Source: Deltaproteobacteria bacterium
GTDB taxonomy: Bacteria > Myxococcota_A > UBA9160 > SMWR01
DNA length: 10,225 nucleotides
Direction of reading: 5' to 3'
Assembly (NCBI GenBank): GCA_032128375.1
Contig: JAQBGU010000137.1
Span: 1 to 10,225 of the forward strand
The translations under genes and the position numbers were made by a program. The notes under the pieces were generated by a model. The model searched no databases, was not told where the DNA came from, and worked only from the letters and a program-made list of their open reading frames with translations. Shown one piece after another: positions 8,917 to 10,225 of this stretch (position 1 is its first letter; each line of letters starts with the position of its first letter).

Positions 8917-10225
8917 GTGAAGAAAGCTACTGCGTCTGTTCGTGCAAGTCACCTGAACACAGGCACGGGAATTCCAGAAGAAGAACTCGCCTGGCCCGAG
9001 ATGTCGGGTCGTGTAACGCGGTTGCCGCGGTTGCATCTGGAAGTGGATGAACGTTCCACGGTCACCTCGTTCGGTGGCTTGGCACTGGCTGCAGCGTTTC
9101 TCAAGCGCTTTCGGGTGGCGCAGGAGATCGACGACCGGGTTCACGTGTTGAAGCTTCATCTTCCATTCCACGAGTCGGACCACATTTTGGCCCAAGGGCT
9201 CAACCTGTACGTCGGCGGGGAGTGTCTGGAGGACCAGGCGACGCTGCAGCACGACGAGGGTGTGCTTCGGATGCTAGGTGCGTGCCGACTCCCGGACCCG
9301 ACGACAGCGGGGGACTTTCTGCGCCGGTTTGATGAGCGGCGCAACCCCGGAGCGCTGTCAGGTCTTCGCGCGGCGACCGATGCGGTACAGGACGCGGTGT
9401 GGGGGAAGCTGGCCGGGAAGCGGAAGCAGAAGCGGGACGTGGCGGTAGTGGACTTGGACGGTCACACCAAGACCCTCTACGGGGTGCAGAAGGAGGGTGC
9501 GGACTTCGACTACCAGGGTCGCTGGTCGTACAACGTATTGCTGGCCTCGCTGGCGGGAACCGGGGAGTGCCTGGCCGTGCGCAATCGGCCCGGCAACCTG
9601 CGCTCGAGCAACGGAGCCGCAGAGCTGCTGGAACAGACGCTGCCTCGCGTGCAGCAGCGCTTCACTGACGTGCTGGTGCGAGCGGACAGCGACTTCGATC
9701 GCCAGGATGTGCGCAAGGCCTGCGAGGCAGAAGGCGCGTTCTTTGCCTTCGTGGCGCGGGAAGCCACGAATCGACTCTCGTGGGCCGATTCAATCGAGGA
9801 GTCGGCGTGGAAGCCGTTCCGGACGCGAGCGCATCGACAACGGGAAGCCGAGCGCCGAAGCCGTGGCTTTCAGCCTCGTCGCAAGAAGCGCAATCGAAAG
9901 AAGCGCCGCGCGCGGGAGCGGGGCTACACGAACCTCCAGCTCGAGCGACAGTGGGTGGCCGAGATTCCCTGGACACCCGAGGGCGCAACGAAGGCCTCCC
10001 GCATGGTCATCCGGCGCCAGCTCATCGAGGAATCGAAGGGCTAGGAGTCGATGTTCGAGTTCTATCGCTATCGCTACGTGGTGACGAACTTGCCAAAATC
10101 CTGGTCGGCGGCAGATGTGATCGACGCCACCTACCAGCGCTGCGACCAGGAGAATGTGATCGAGCAGATGGGTAGTGGCGTGGCGCTGTGGCGGATGCCC
10201 GTGGCCGAGTTCGATGGCAACAGTG
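8917..10225 (+). pseudogene. IS1380-family DDE transposase interrupted by an in-frame TAG at 10042-10044, 3'-partial
   Basis: ORF 8917-10044 (375 aa) stops at ...IEESKG*, but the same frame continues without stops to the window end as ESMFEFYRYRYVVTNLPKSWSAADVIDATYQRCDQENVIEQMGSGVALWRMPVAEFDGNS, which carries the conserved VTN and R..EN.I motifs. Confidence 0.85.

Larger units (their letters stand above)
8791..10225 (+). mobile_element. IS1380-family insertion sequence, right end outside the window
   Basis: Single transposase frame with IS1380/DDE_Tnp_1_4-like motifs (TSFGGL, LPFHESDH, LPDPTTAGDFLRRF, VDLDGH, RPGN, VRADSDF, YRYVVTN, RCDQENVIEQ). The left boundary is inferred from CCTGAAGTAAGCGC at 8791, because IS1380 ends typically begin CC. 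The family call is firmer than the boundary. Confidence 0.85.

Noticed and set aside
9874..9927. NLS-like basic run PRRKKRNRKKRRARERGY in the transposase
   Set aside because: Best explained as a basic nucleic-acid-binding segment of the insertion region between the second D and the E. Nothing suggests a eukaryotic context.
10042..10044. Genome-wide TAG recoding (Gln or pyrrolysine)
   Set aside because: Three host genes in the window end at TAG at their expected C-termini, and no pyl genes are visible.

Overview
GC-rich bacterial chromosomal segment, mostly housekeeping. In order: 5'-truncated rsmI (+, 1-786), convergent NAD+-dependent DNA ligase ligA (-, 879-2930), then a co-oriented + strand run of a membrane-anchored GT2 glycosyltransferase, a soluble PAS-like histidine kinase, a sigma54-dependent NtrC-family response regulator and manA. 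After about 370 bp of unexplained sequence (possibly a decayed gene), an IS1380-family element begins near 8791 and runs off the window. Its transposase is interrupted by one in-frame TAG before the third catalytic residue, and a long hairpin covers its translation-initiation region. I see no CRISPR array, RNA gene, defence island or clearly new multi-gene system. The best leads are the IS leader hairpin, the split transposase, a duplicated membrane hairpin in the GT2, and a possible GT2/two-component/manA mannosylation module. All calls come from motif recognition by eye, and no searches were run.
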